From an uncultured Gammaproteobacteria bacterium (GTDB taxonomy: Bacteria; Pseudomonadota; Gammaproteobacteria; QNFN01): a DNA stretch of 59,605 nucleotides. The notes under the pieces were generated by a model. The model made no database searches. It saw only the letters and a program-made list of their open reading frames with translations, and was not told the origin of the DNA. Made by a program: the position numbers and the translations under genes. The stretch covers positions 1 to 59,605 of the forward strand of contig CAXMPC010000052.1 in NCBI GenBank assembly GCA_964195335.1, in the 5' to 3' direction. This document shows, piece by piece, positions 35,669-50,017 of the stretch (positions within the stretch are counted from its first letter, which is position 1; each line of letters starts with the position of its first letter).

Positions 35669-35986
35669 ATGGACCGCGAAGAGAAACGACGCCGCGTGAT
35701 CATCAAGGCCATGGCGGCACTGGCTGCCAACGAGGCCCACGAACTGGCCAAACTGCGCCGTCTGCGCTCGCTGCTTTATTGGACCGGTTTGATCGTCGTT
35801 GCCGGTGCGGCCCTGCTTGCGGGAGCCTGGCCGGTCTGGATTGCCGCGCTGGTCGGTGCTGTCGGTGGGCTGGTGACCGGTCTCGGGGTCCACTACGACA
35901 ATTCCCTCAACCAGTGGCCTACGATCAAGCCATTTTTCGACCGCGACGCCGTCATCCGGGCGGCCGGGGTGCTCGACGATGGGTAA
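35669..35986 (+). CDS. Hypothetical protein with two TM helices
   Basis: AAGGAG RBS; hydrophobic hairpin. Confidence 0.7.
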   Translation: MDREEKRRRVIIKAMAALAANEAHELAKLRRLRSLLYWTGLIVVAGAALLAGAWPVWIAALVGAVGGLVTGLGVHYDNSLNQWPTIKPFFDRDAVIRAAGVLDDG

Positions 35987-36398
35987 TGCTGCAAGTGGCG
36001 GCGACCTGCCGCGCTATGCCCGTGGCAAAGGCACTCCACCACGCCACCTGGCGTCGATCCACCGCGAACGCGGTGAATGGCGCTTCGACGGGGGTGGGCA
36101 ACCGGAGCATCGGATCGCCATTGGCTCTGATGCAGAACAGGACCGACTGCTCGCAAGGCTCGTCGCAGAGCGTGTCCCCCTGGCCTCCGATCAGCGCATC
36201 GACGGGCCGGCGGAGCGGGCCATGCGCCTGGCCGACGCTGGGCGGGTCACCGGGCCGGTGATCGAACTCAGTTGGCACGGTCCCGGCGCCTGGCAGCTCC
36301 GGGAGCGGAAGCCCGGTGCAGTCGAGTGGGTCGAAGCGCCGGCGGCCGAATTCGCCTGCCTCGACTTCGAACCGCATCGGCTCAAACCGGGTTCCTGA
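35979..36398 (+). CDS. Hypothetical protein
   Basis: ORF overlapping both neighbours as expected in an operon. Confidence 0.6.
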   Translation: MGNAASGGDLPRYARGKGTPPRHLASIHRERGEWRFDGGGQPEHRIAIGSDAEQDRLLARLVAERVPLASDQRIDGPAERAMRLADAGRVTGPVIELSWHGPGAWQLRERKPGAVEWVEAPAAEFACLDFEPHRLKPGS

Positions 36399-36580
36399 TG
36401 GCTTTTGCCGGCCTCTTCATCCTGGCCAGCCTGGGGCTGTCGCAGGTCCACTCACCGCTGTGGCTGATCTTCACCGCCTTCGTCGGGGTGGTGATGTTCC
36501 AGTCGGCCTTCACCCGTTTCTGCCCGATGGCGCTGATACTGCGCCTGGCTGGCCTCAAGCCGGGGCATGCCTTCAACTGA
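36398..36580 (+). CDS. DUF2892 / YgaP-like membrane protein
   Basis: AFAG..IL.SL...WLIFTAFVG...FQSAFTRFCPM. Confidence 0.8.
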   Translation: MAFAGLFILASLGLSQVHSPLWLIFTAFVGVVMFQSAFTRFCPMALILRLAGLKPGHAFN

Positions 36581-36603
36581 CCTATACCTCGAGCCGGATC
36601 AGC

Positions 36604-36645
36604 AAAAGAAAAGCGGGTGGCCAACAGGCCACCCGCTTTTCTTTT
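36604..36645. terminator. Bidirectional rho-independent terminator
   Basis: Perfect inverted repeat aaaagaaaagcgggtggcc-aaca-ggccacccgcttttctttt between convergent genes. Confidence 0.9.
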
Positions 36646-36694
36646 GGCTGGAACCAGCTGGACCGCGACGCGGTCCGGCACCCGCCCGTCGGTT

Positions 36695-37304
36695 CTAGCT
36701 CTGGGGGTCAGTGTCGGAGGTGGTCGAAACCGTGATCGGTTGCGACAGGCCCCACGCCTGCATCGAGTTCAGCATCATCTGGTTCATGATGTGCTGATAG
36801 GTGAACGGGTTGATGAAAGTAGCCCCCACCTGGCCCCACTGCTGGTAGTAGCGCGGGTCGTGCATTATGGTCAGCGGGTTGATCACCCCGTGAGGTGCAG
36901 CGAAGACCGGCATACCGTTGGGGGCGATCGCCACCGGAACCATCGGCTGCGGGGTGCCGGCTACGGCGCCAGCTGATCCATGGACGGGTGCCGGCACGGT
37001 CGGGATGACTGGAACCAGGGCCTGGTTCGGAGCTGGAGCAGGAGCCATATTCCAGTTCGGGGCCATGGTGGCAGGCGTTGCTGATGGCGCAACCTCGGCC
37101 ACTTCGGTGCCATCGAACTTGAACGCCTCCAGGCTGCCGCCCTTGATGGTCCAGAGAGCGGCGACGAAAAGGATGCTGGCGATGGCGCCGGCGGCGACCA
37201 GCCAGTGGGTGACGCCGTTGCTGCGCGCTGTCTGTGCCTTGGCTTCGGTCGGCTCAGGTGCCTCGGGCGTCAGTTCGCCTGAACCTCCGTTTCTCTTCAG
37301 TCAT
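36695..37304 (-). CDS. Pro/Ala/Met-rich membrane-anchored hypothetical protein with an apparent 1-nt frameshift near its start
   Basis: Frame is open from 37300 and includes a TM helix; the RBS-preceded ATG at 37304 is out of frame. Confidence 0.65.
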
Positions 37305-37486
37305 CGAATCGTCTCCCTCGTGTCTGCTGTCCCGTCACCGGGGTCTGGGTCTTCTGTAAGAGGTGCCAACAGGCGTTGGTATTTTAGTTTGTTGAATTAT
37401 TCTAATGAACGGTGCCGGCTGGAGCCATCTCCTGAAATGGGTGGAATCACGCGGGTGAAGCCGGAGGTCGCCGTGACCGGGCGTGG

Positions 37487-38446
37487 TCACTCCAGACCGG
37501 TGGTCTCGTCGATGCCGAGCATGATGTTGAGGTTCTGCACCGCCGCGCCCGAGGCCCCCTTGCCGAGGTTGTCGAGGCGGGTGGCGAGCACCACCTGCTC
37601 GTCGTGGCCGAAGACGAACAGTTGCAGGTCGTTGCTGCCGTTGCAGGCGGTGGCGTCGAGGAATCCGGCCTCGATCACGCCTTCACCGGCGAACGGTTTC
37701 ACCTGGACATAGTGCTCGTCAGCGTAGTGAGCGCTGATGAGTTCGTGGATGGAGAGAGCATCCATCGGCTTGGCCAGGGTGCGCACCTGCAGCGGCACCG
37801 TCACCAGCATGCCGCGGTAGAAGCGGCCGACCACCGGCAGGAACACCGGTGCATGGGTCAGCCCGCAGACGTGGGTCATTTCCGGCAGATGCTTGTGCGC
37901 CAGGCCGAGGGCGTAGTGGCGCGGCGAGTCCATGTGCGGGTCGTCGGCGGGGGCGGCATCGTAGGCCTCGATCATGCCTTTGCCGCCACCGCTGTAGCCG
38001 GTCAGCGAGGTGCACGACAAAGCGGCCGCGTCATCGAGCACGCCGGCGTCGAGCAGCGGGTAGACCGCGGCGATAAAACCGGAGGCGTGGCAGCCGGGGT
38101 TGGTCAGGTAGCGTGCCCTGGCGATGGCGTTGCGGTGGGCGGGCGACAGCTCCGGGAAGCCGTAGGCCCAGCCGTCTGCGGTGCGATGGGCGGTGCTGGC
38201 ATCGATGAAGCGGGTGGTGTCGCTGTCGCAGATTGCCACCGCTTCGCGTGCGGCGTCGTCGGGCAGGCAGAGGATGGCGACGTCGGCTGTGTCGAGCAGC
38301 TCACGCCGGGCGTCGGGATCCTTGCGCCGCGCCGGGTCGATCGACAGCAGCTCGAGATCGTCGCGTGCGGCGAGCCGTTCGCGGATCTCCAGGCCGGTGG
38401 TGCCGGCTTCACCGTCGATGTAGATGGACGTGGTCATGCGGCTCAT
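37487..38446 (-). CDS. argC: N-acetyl-gamma-glutamyl-phosphate reductase (type 2)
   Basis: [42 protein letters not shown]. Confidence 0.96.
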   Translation of the reverse strand: MSRMTTSIYIDGEAGTTGLEIRERLAARDDLELLSIDPARRKDPDARRELLDTADVAILCLPDDAAREAVAICDSDTTRFIDASTAHRTADGWAYGFPELSPAHRNAIARARYLTNPGCHASGFIAAVYPLLDAGVLDDAAALSCTSLTGYSGGGKGMIEAYDAAPADDPHMDSPRHYALGLAHKHLPEMTHVCGLTHAPVFLPVVGRFYRGMLVTVPLQVRTLAKPMDALSIHELISAHYADEHYVQVKPFAGEGVIEAGFLDATACNGSNDLQLFVFGHDEQVVLATRLDNLGKGASGAAVQNLNIMLGIDETTGLE

Positions 38447-38500
38447 GATACGGGTCGTGCTCCCTGATTGAACACCGTCGGGGGCAGGTGTAAACGGGAA

Positions 38501-38580
38501 ATTGCGGCGTGGGCGCTGCTCCTACGGGTTGGAGCCAGGTCGCCGATCAAGATTGTAGGAGCGGCGCCCACGCCGCGATC
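38501..38580. repeat. GTAG-type REP inverted pair
   Basis: Reverse complement of 38501-38525 (GTAGgagcagcgcccacgccgcaat) matches 38555-38579 (GTAGgagcggcgcccacgccgcgat); same family as 29677. Confidence 0.8.
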
Positions 38581-38616
38581 ATGGCCGAGGGCTGGCGTTA
38601 ACCGAATGGGTTCGGC

Positions 38617-40434
<1,818 letters not shown>

Positions 40435-40480
40435 GCGGGAATTACCGGGGAGCGAGGGCCGGCGATTATACTGCACTCTT

Positions 40481-43084
40481 GTGCACCGCGTAGTCACGCT
40501 CGCGCCCTTTCTTTTCAGTCTCTTCGCCGCCGCCTGCGCCCCGCTGCAGCGGACCTCACCAGCCACGAGCGAGGCCGCATTCGAACAGGCGCTGATCGAG
40601 GCGTCGCGGCTGCGCCAGGAGCGCCGCCCGCACTCGGCGCTGGCCGTACTCGACCAGCTGCCCGAGCCGACGGAAGCCGGCCTGGCCGCACACTTGCTGC
40701 TGGCCCAGGTCGGGGCGGCATTCGATGCCGGGCGGCTCTCCCGCGCCGCCAGCGACTGTGCCCGCCTCGCCACTGTGGCCCAGGACGATCCCGGTTGGCG
40801 CCCCGCCTGCTGGGAGGTGACGCTCGAGAGTGCAGACGATCGTGCATCGGCCTCTGCCGAGGTCGCCGGTGAGATCGACGCCCTGCTGGCCCGGTCGCCG
40901 GAAGCTTATCGCCACTTGTCGGCCGCCTATAGCGGTCACCTGGCCCGCCAGGATCGCGCTGCCCGCCAGCTCTTGCTAGAACGGTTGGCTGCCGCCGCAA
41001 GGACCCCACTGGAACGTCGCCAGGTCGCCGGCATCCTGTTCGACGAAGCGTTGGGGGCGAGTTCCCCGGAGGTGCGCCAGCAGATCGCCCGTGACCTGCT
41101 GGTGCTGGCGCCAGACCACCGCCAGGCCGACAGCGTTATCCACTGGGTCCTCGGTGAGGCGGCGCCGCCTGACCTGGCGTCGGCACGGGCACGGCTCGGT
41201 CTCGACGACGGGCCGCTCCCTTCATGGCGGATCGCTCTCGCGCTGGCCGAGTGGGCGCTCAAACAGGACGATGCCGTGCCCGCGGCCGAGATCGCGCGGC
41301 TGCTCGACCGGGCGGAGGCCGATGCCGGGCCGGCGGCGCTCGAGCCACCACCCTCGGGACTCGATCCGGAATCGCGGGCGTGGCTCTGGGACCGGGTCGC
41401 GGTACGGCTGGCGGTTGCCCGGGCACGCACCTGGCAGCGGGGCGGGGATCCGGCTCGGGCCGAGGCGGTTCTGCGTGCGGCCCCGGTCGCCGACCCGCCA
41501 TCGGCAGAGGTGCCCTACCTGCTGGGATCGCTGGCCGAGGCGGACGGACGTTTCGATGAGGCGATAGCCCATTACCGGGAGGCGTTGGTCAATGGCGACC
41601 AGCCCGAGGCCGAGACGCGGCTGGGTGAACTGCTGGCCGCCGGGAAGGGCCATGCCGGGCCCCCGCGTGACTGGTTCCTGGCCCGCGACGGCGGCCCCGC
41701 CTTCGACGATTTCACCACGGCGGCGGGCCTTGACGGGGTCAAGGCTCAGCGTGTCGCCTGGGGCGACCCGGACGCGGATGCTGACCCGGACCTGCTGCTT
41801 GATGGCCGGCTGTTTCTGAACGACGGCCAGGGTCGCTTCGCCGAGGCCGCCCTGCCGGCCGGTCCAACCGCCACCGGCGGTCTCTGGGCCGACGTCGACG
41901 GTGACGGCGCGTCCGACCTGCTGCTGACTGGCGGCGAGCGTAACCGGCTGCTACTGAACCGGGGCGTGGCCGGGTGGGAGGCGCGGCCGCTGCCCGGCGC
42001 TGCACAGCGGCACACCGAGGCGGCGGCCTTTGCCGACATCGATGCCGACGGCGACCTCGACCTCTACCTGGCCAACTACGAGCGCGGCGGCAGCCGACGC
42101 GGCCTCTGCAATCCCGACCAGCTGCTGCTCAACGACGGCGCCGGGACCTTCGTCGATGCCAGCGAGGCGGCCGGGATGATCCTCGAGAAACCCCTATGTG
42201 GCCGCGGCATGGCCTGGAGCGACGTCGACGGCGACGGCCTTCCCGACGCCGTGGTCGGCAACTACCGGCTCGATCCCAACCTGCTCTGGCGCAACCTCGG
42301 TGGCGGCCGTTTCGAGGAGGCTGGGGCGGTGTGGGGGGTACGCGGCGACAACATCGGGGGGGCCTTCGGCCACACCATCGCCGTCGCCCCGGGTGATCTC
42401 GACGGCGACGGCCGCGAGGACCTGGTGCTGTCCAACCTGGCCCACCCGCGCTTTATCGAATTCTCCGATCGCACCCAACTGCTGCTGACCGGGGCGGGCA
42501 CGTCGCCACCGCTGCCCGACCGGCGTGAGGCGTCGCAACTGCACTTCGCGGAGACCGAGTCCGATGCCGCCCTCGGCGATGTCGACAACGACGGCGACCT
42601 CGACCTGTTCGTCACGGCCATCTACCCGGGACGGCTGTCGCGGCTCTACCTGAACGAGGGCTATGGCCGCTTCACCGACGTCAGCTGGCTCGCAGGCACC
42701 CGGGTCGCCAACGGCTGGGGAGCGGCTTTCGCCGATGCCGACGGTGACGGGGCGCTCGACCTGCTGGTGGCCAGCGTCGACGGCGTACGCCTGTTGCGCA
42801 ACCGTGGACCAGGTGGCCACTGGCTCGGAGTGCGTCTCGACGACCCGTCGTGCAACCGGGCCGGGGTCGGCGCCCGGGTGACGTTGCGGGCCGCCGGCCG
42901 GGTGCAGGCGCGTACGGTACGCATCGGTCGTGGCACCGGCAGCCAGGACGACGTCACGCTCCACTTCGGGGTCGGCGACTACACCGGACCGGCCGAGCTG
43001 GCGGCCGTCAACACCTGCGGCGAGGCGTTCGGAGCACGCTTGCCACGGCCCGACAGCCGGGTGACGCTGCACGGGCCGCATTGA
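40481..43084 (+). CDS. Putative lipoprotein with TPR region, FG-GAP/VCBS repeats and ASPIC/UnbV C-terminus (CRTAC1-like)
   Basis: FAAAC lipobox-like site, repeated DxDGDGxxDL loops, GVGARV...SQDD.TLHFGVG. Confidence 0.85.
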   Translation: MHRVVTLAPFLFSLFAAACAPLQRTSPATSEAAFEQALIEASRLRQERRPHSALAVLDQLPEPTEAGLAAHLLLAQVGAAFDAGRLSRAASDCARLATVAQDDPGWRPACWEVTLESADDRASASAEVAGEIDALLARSPEAYRHLSAAYSGHLARQDRAARQLLLERLAAAARTPLERRQVAGILFDEALGASSPEVRQQIARDLLVLAPDHRQADSVIHWVLGEAAPPDLASARARLGLDDGPLPSWRIALALAEWALKQDDAVPAAEIARLLDRAEADAGPAALEPPPSGLDPESRAWLWDRVAVRLAVARARTWQRGGDPARAEAVLRAAPVADPPSAEVPYLLGSLAEADGRFDEAIAHYREALVNGDQPEAETRLGELLAAGKGHAGPPRDWFLARDGGPAFDDFTTAAGLDGVKAQRVAWGDPDADADPDLLLDGRLFLNDGQGRFAEAALPAGPTATGGLWADVDGDGASDLLLTGGERNRLLLNRGVAGWEARPLPGAAQRHTEAAAFADIDADGDLDLYLANYERGGSRRGLCNPDQLLLNDGAGTFVDASEAAGMILEKPLCGRGMAWSDVDGDGLPDAVVGNYRLDPNLLWRNLGGGRFEEAGAVWGVRGDNIGGAFGHTIAVAPGDLDGDGREDLVLSNLAHPRFIEFSDRTQLLLTGAGTSPPLPDRREASQLHFAETESDAALGDVDNDGDLDLFVTAIYPGRLSRLYLNEGYGRFTDVSWLAGTRVANGWGAAFADADGDGALDLLVASVDGVRLLRNRGPGGHWLGVRLDDPSCNRAGVGARVTLRAAGRVQARTVRIGRGTGSQDDVTLHFGVGDYTGPAELAAVNTCGEAFGARLPRPDSRVTLHGPH

Positions 43085-43155
43085 CCCGATGGTCTGACCG
43101 CGGACCATCTTCAGACGGTGAGATGGGCGGTCTGTTCAGGCGCGCGCGGTCCAGG

Positions 43156-43914
43156 TCAGCGGTGCACCACTGACTGCCCACCGTCGACCGGCAGCACGTG
43201 GCCGGTGACGTAACCGGCGTCGCGATAGAGGTAGAGCACCGCGCGGGCGATGTCGTCGGGGTCGCCGAGCCGGCCGAGCAGTGCGCGGTCGAGGATCGCC
43301 TGCTGCTCCTCAGGCGACATGCCGGCCTCGGGCCAGAGGATCGCCCCCGGTGCGACGCCATTGACCCGTACCTCGGGGCCGAGGTCGCGCGCCAGCGACT
43401 TGGTCAACATCGACAGCCCGGCCTTGGCGATGGAGTAGACCGGATGGTCGGCCAGCGGCCGTTCGGCGTGGATGTCGACGATGTTGATGATGGCGCCGCG
43501 GCTCGCTTTAAGGTGCGGCAGGGCTGCCTGGGCCAGAAAGAACGGTGCCCGCAGGTTGGTACCGACCAGATCGTCCCACTGCGCCGACGTCGTCTCGGCG
43601 AATGGCGTCGGGTAGAACGACGAGGCGTTGTTGACCAGCAGGTCGAGGCGGCCGAAGGCGCCGGCGGCATCCTCGACCAGCGGTTTCAGCGCGTTGGGAT
43701 CGAGCAGGTCGGCGTCGAGCAGCGTCACTGAGCCGGCGCGCTCGGCATTCAGTTCGGTCGCCAGGATTTCGGCGGCCGTGGCCGAGCTGCGGTAGTGGAT
43801 CGCCAGGTTCATGCCGGCGGCGTGCAGCCGGCGGGCAATGGCGGCACCAATGCGGTGCGCGGCGCCGGTGACCAGCGCGGCCTGGCCGTCGAGCCGGGGT
43901 GTAGAATCGTCCAT
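43156..43914 (-). CDS. folM: Pteridine reductase (SDR family)
   Basis: TGAAHRIG, NNASSF, IVDIH, YSIAK. Confidence 0.88.
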   Translation of the reverse strand: MDDSTPRLDGQAALVTGAAHRIGAAIARRLHAAGMNLAIHYRSSATAAEILATELNAERAGSVTLLDADLLDPNALKPLVEDAAGAFGRLDLLVNNASSFYPTPFAETTSAQWDDLVGTNLRAPFFLAQAALPHLKASRGAIINIVDIHAERPLADHPVYSIAKAGLSMLTKSLARDLGPEVRVNGVAPGAILWPEAGMSPEEQQAILDRALLGRLGDPDDIARAVLYLYRDAGYVTGHVLPVDGGQSVVHR

Positions 43915-43983
43915 CGAGCCTGCCGCGGGATGGGTGTCCCGCCACTCTAGCCCAACGTTCCCGCCACCGCGAGTCTGTGCCCG

Positions 43984-45168
43984 ATGCGCCCCAATGCCTT
44001 CCAGCAGCTGCCCGAACCGGATGCCGATGCACGCGCTCATGGAGCCCGCGTGGCTGCTGCCATCCGCGAGGCTATCGCAGATGCCGGGGGCATCCTGCCG
44101 TTCGACCGTTTCATGGAGCTGGCGCTCTACGCGCCTGGGCTTGGTTACTACAGTGCCGGCGCGAGTCGTTTTGGCACCAGTGGCGACTTCGTCACCGCGC
44201 CGGAGCTGTCATCGTTGTTCGGCGGCTGCATTGCCAGGCAGGCGGTGGAGTTGTTCGATGCCCTCGGCGGCGGTGACCTGCTGGAGCTTGGTGCCGGTCG
44301 CGGCACCCTCGCCGCCGACCTGCTCACGGCACTGGCCACGGCCGATCGGTTGCCGGGGCGCTACCTGATTCTCGAACTGAGCGGCACGCTGCGCGAGGAG
44401 CAGCGCGAGATGCTGGCGCGGCGGGTGCCGCAGCTGGCCGACCGGGTCACCTGGCTCGACGCGCTGCCGGAGGATGGTTTCCGCGGTCTGATCGTCGGCA
44501 ACGAAGTCGCCGACGCGCTGCCGGTCAGCCGTTTCCGCGTCATTGGTGGTGTCGCCGAGGAGGCGTGCGTCGTGACCGACGGTGACGGTTTTGCATGGAA
44601 CTGGCGGCCAGCCCCCGGCCCTCTTGCGGCAGGGGTGGCCGCGCTGGCCGACCAGGTCGAACCGCTGGCCGACGGTTACACCTCGGAACTCTGCCTGCGC
44701 CTGACGCCATGGATCACCTCGCTGGCGGACGTGCTGGAGGCCGGCGCGTTGCTGCTGGTCGACTACGGCTACCCGCGGCGCGAGTACTACCACCTGCAGC
44801 GTATCGACGGCACGCTGCAGTGCCACTACCGTCAGCGAGCGCACTCCGATCCGCTGCGTCTCGCCGGCCTGCAGGACATCACCGCCCACGTCGATTTCAC
44901 CGCCATCGCCGAAGCGGGTCACGCTGCCGGGTTGGCGGTATCCGGTTACACCACCCAGGCCAATTTCCTGCTTGGCTGCGGCCTCGATACCCTGCTCGAG
45001 GCCAGTGATCCGGACGACACCGCCGCCCATCTCACACTGATGAGTGAAGCCAAGACGCTAATCTTGCCGGGGGAGATGGGCGAGTGCTTTCAGGCCATCG
45101 CCCTGACCCGCGGCGTCGAAAGGCCGCTGTGCGGTTTCAAACTGCGCGACCTGCGGGCGCGGCTCTAG
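43984..45168 (+). CDS. SAM-dependent methyltransferase, MidA/NDUFAF7 family
   Basis: ALYAPGLGYY, GDFVTAPE, ELGAGRG, NEVADALP, DYG, QDITAHVDF. Confidence 0.92.
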   Translation: MRPNAFQQLPEPDADARAHGARVAAAIREAIADAGGILPFDRFMELALYAPGLGYYSAGASRFGTSGDFVTAPELSSLFGGCIARQAVELFDALGGGDLLELGAGRGTLAADLLTALATADRLPGRYLILELSGTLREEQREMLARRVPQLADRVTWLDALPEDGFRGLIVGNEVADALPVSRFRVIGGVAEEACVVTDGDGFAWNWRPAPGPLAAGVAALADQVEPLADGYTSELCLRLTPWITSLADVLEAGALLLVDYGYPRREYYHLQRIDGTLQCHYRQRAHSDPLRLAGLQDITAHVDFTAIAEAGHAAGLAVSGYTTQANFLLGCGLDTLLEASDPDDTAAHLTLMSEAKTLILPGEMGECFQAIALTRGVERPLCGFKLRDLRARL

Positions 45169-45290
45169 GTCACCATCTGCTTCAATACCTTGCGTGCTTG
45201 CCAGCGCGGGAACGGGCCGGCAAACTGGCCGTCCACCAGGGGTTCCGGCCGAGCGGCGCAAAGATGCCGGCGGACCGGACTGGAGGCCAA

Positions 45291-46367
45291 TTGCCCACGA
45301 TTGTGATCGTCGACGACCAGTCGACCAGTCGCCGGCTCCTTGGCGAGCTGATGCGCAAGGTCGATACCGATGTGCGGGTCGTCGATTTCGGAACGGCGGA
45401 ACAGGCGCTCGCCTGGGCCCGGGACGAGGTCTGTGACCTTGTCCTGACCGACTACAAGATGCCGGGCATCGACGGCGTCGAGTTCACCCGCCTTCTGCGC
45501 CGCCTTCCTGGCTACCGGGAAGTCCCGCTGGTGATGATCACCATCGTCGAGGATAAGGCGATCTGCTACGAGGCGCTGGAGGCCGGTGCCACCGACTTCC
45601 TGACCAAGCCGGTCGACCACTTCGAGTGCCTGGCGCGCTGCCGCAACCTGCTGACGCTGCGTCGACAGCAGAAGATCATCGCCGACCGCGCCGCCTGGCT
45701 CGAGCAGCAGGTGCAGCTGGCGACCCGGCAGATCCTGCAACGCGAACGCGAGACCCTGCTGCGCCTGGCGCGAGCCGGCGAGCACCGCGACGAGGACACC
45801 GGCAACCACGTACTGCGCGTCGCCCATTTCTCGCGCCTGATCGCTGAGGGCCTCAGCTTGCCCGAGGCCGAGTGCGAGATCATCGAGTGTGCCGCGCCGA
45901 TGCACGACATCGGCAAGGTCGGCATTTCCGACACCATCCTGCTCAAGAACGGCCGCCACACCCCGGAAGAGCGCGAGGTGATGAAACGCCACTCGCTGAT
46001 CGGCTACGAGATCCTCAAGGACAGCCCGTCGAAGTACCTGCAGAGCGGGGCGATCGTCGCTCTGAACCACCACGAGCGCTTCGACGGCGGCGGCTACCCA
46101 CGTGGCCTGGGCGGCGAGGCTATCCCGCAGATCGCGCGCGTCGTCGCCGTGGCCGACGTCTACGATGCGCTGACATGCGTGCGTCCGTACAAGGAGGCGT
46201 GGCCGAGCGAACGCGCTTTCGAGCTGCTGGCCAGCGAACGGGGGCGCCACTTCGACCCCGACTGCCTGGACCTGTTCCTCGGCAACGAGGCGAAGGTGAT
46301 CGAGATTCAGACCCGGCTCGCCGACGAGCTGCCGGCCGTTGCCGAAAACGCCCAGGCGATCCCCTGA
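45291..46367 (+). CDS. rpfG: RpfG-like REC + HD-GYP response regulator (c-di-GMP phosphodiesterase)
   Basis: VDD...LTDYKMP...KP receiver; APMHDIGK, HHERFDGGGYP, ADVYDAL; GGAGG before TTG 45291 (ATG 45264 is an alternative start). Confidence 0.9.
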   Translation: MPTIVIVDDQSTSRRLLGELMRKVDTDVRVVDFGTAEQALAWARDEVCDLVLTDYKMPGIDGVEFTRLLRRLPGYREVPLVMITIVEDKAICYEALEAGATDFLTKPVDHFECLARCRNLLTLRRQQKIIADRAAWLEQQVQLATRQILQRERETLLRLARAGEHRDEDTGNHVLRVAHFSRLIAEGLSLPEAECEIIECAAPMHDIGKVGISDTILLKNGRHTPEEREVMKRHSLIGYEILKDSPSKYLQSGAIVALNHHERFDGGGYPRGLGGEAIPQIARVVAVADVYDALTCVRPYKEAWPSERAFELLASERGRHFDPDCLDLFLGNEAKVIEIQTRLADELPAVAENAQAIP

Positions 46368-46371
46368 GCTG

Positions 46372-48930
<2,559 letters not shown>

Positions 48931-48942
48931 CCGGTCTGGTTG

Positions 48943-49848
48943 TCAGGCGCTCTGCGCCTGGCGGCCGGTGTCTGCCACCGGGGCCGTGACCCGGTTCTGT
49001 GCCCGCACCAGCCGCTCGATCACCTTCATGTCCTTGGGACTCAGGGCCAGCGCCGCGTCGACCCAGATGTCGGTGATGTCGATCAGTTCTTGGTAGGAGA
49101 TGCGGTGGGCGCGCTGGCGGGCGCGCTGCAACGCCAGGTAGCCGTTGCGCTGGCGCCGGTGCCGGTGGATGAACCGCGCCACCTCGTCGGGTCCGGCGCC
49201 GTCCTCGGCGACCACGTCGACGATGCCGAGTTCCATCAGCTCCTGCGCCGAGTAGAGGCGGCCGCTGAGGATCATCTGCTCGGCCTGGTGTGGCGTGACC
49301 CGGCGGCAGAGCAGGTTGTAAGCGCCCATTCCCGGGAACAGGTTGAACAGGATCTCCGGCAGACCGAGCTGGGCACTGGCCTCGGCGATGATCACGCTGC
49401 TCGACAGCGCCGCTTCGAAGCCGCCACCGAGCGCCTGGCCACGCACCAGCGAGATGGTGGTGATCGGCAGCTGGTAGTTGACGGCGTTCGGATAGAGGAC
49501 GTCGATGCAGGCGCGGCCGTAGGCGGCGAGGGCGCCACGGTCACGCTGGCGGATCCAGTCGAGGAAGCGGTTGAGGTCGCCGCCGAGGTTGAAAATGCCG
49601 GGCACCGACGAGGTCAGCACCTGGTAGTGGACCTGCCTCAGTTCTCCCTCGTGCCGCAGCTTGCCCCCATGGTTCTCGAGGGTGCGCTGGTACTTGCGCA
49701 GTTCGTCCAGCAGTTGCGGCGTGAAACAGGGCCGCGGCTCGGACTGCATGTCGAGCCAGATGACGCCGTCCTCGGGATCGAACCGGGTCGTCAGCTGCTG
49801 GAACAGCGCATGAATAGAGGCGTGGTGGTTGCTATCGTTATGATTCAT
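48943..49848 (-). CDS. rpfF: RpfF-like DSF synthase (crotonase family)
   Basis: PRPCFT, FNLGGDL, ALGGGFEAALS, GLPEILFNLFPGMGAY; converges on rpfC; start may be 49887. Confidence 0.92.
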   Translation of the reverse strand: MNHNDSNHHASIHALFQQLTTRFDPEDGVIWLDMQSEPRPCFTPQLLDELRKYQRTLENHGGKLRHEGELRQVHYQVLTSSVPGIFNLGGDLNRFLDWIRQRDRGALAAYGRACIDVLYPNAVNYQLPITTISLVRGQALGGGFEAALSSSVIIAEASAQLGLPEILFNLFPGMGAYNLLCRRVTPHQAEQMILSGRLYSAQELMELGIVDVVAEDGAGPDEVARFIHRHRRQRNGYLALQRARQRAHRISYQELIDITDIWVDAALALSPKDMKVIERLVRAQNRVTAPVADTGRQAQSA

Positions 49849-50017
49849 CAGGAAATACCCCTTGTTTTCTTTTATGTCATCGGCCACTCCCTTGCATTAT
49901 TTTCACCGGTCCATGGTTCGATCACTGTACCGTCAACCGGCAGATTGTGATGTCGGATTAATACGACAGACCGGGATAGCTCCGGTCCGGAATCGCCAGG
50001 CGGGGCGGAGTTGGAAA

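Noticed and set aside
31927-36580. Integron cassette array
   Set aside because: No RYYYAAC...GTTRRRY attC structures between the genes and no integrase; kept only as an accessory patch
36398-36580. DUF2892 gene possibly truncated at its 5' end by an insertion
   Set aside because: It seems to lack a few usual N-terminal residues, but the TGATG overlap with the upstream gene supports a real coupled start
37350-37370. TGGCAC on the minus strand as a sigma-54 promoter
   Set aside because: No TTGC at the required -12 position
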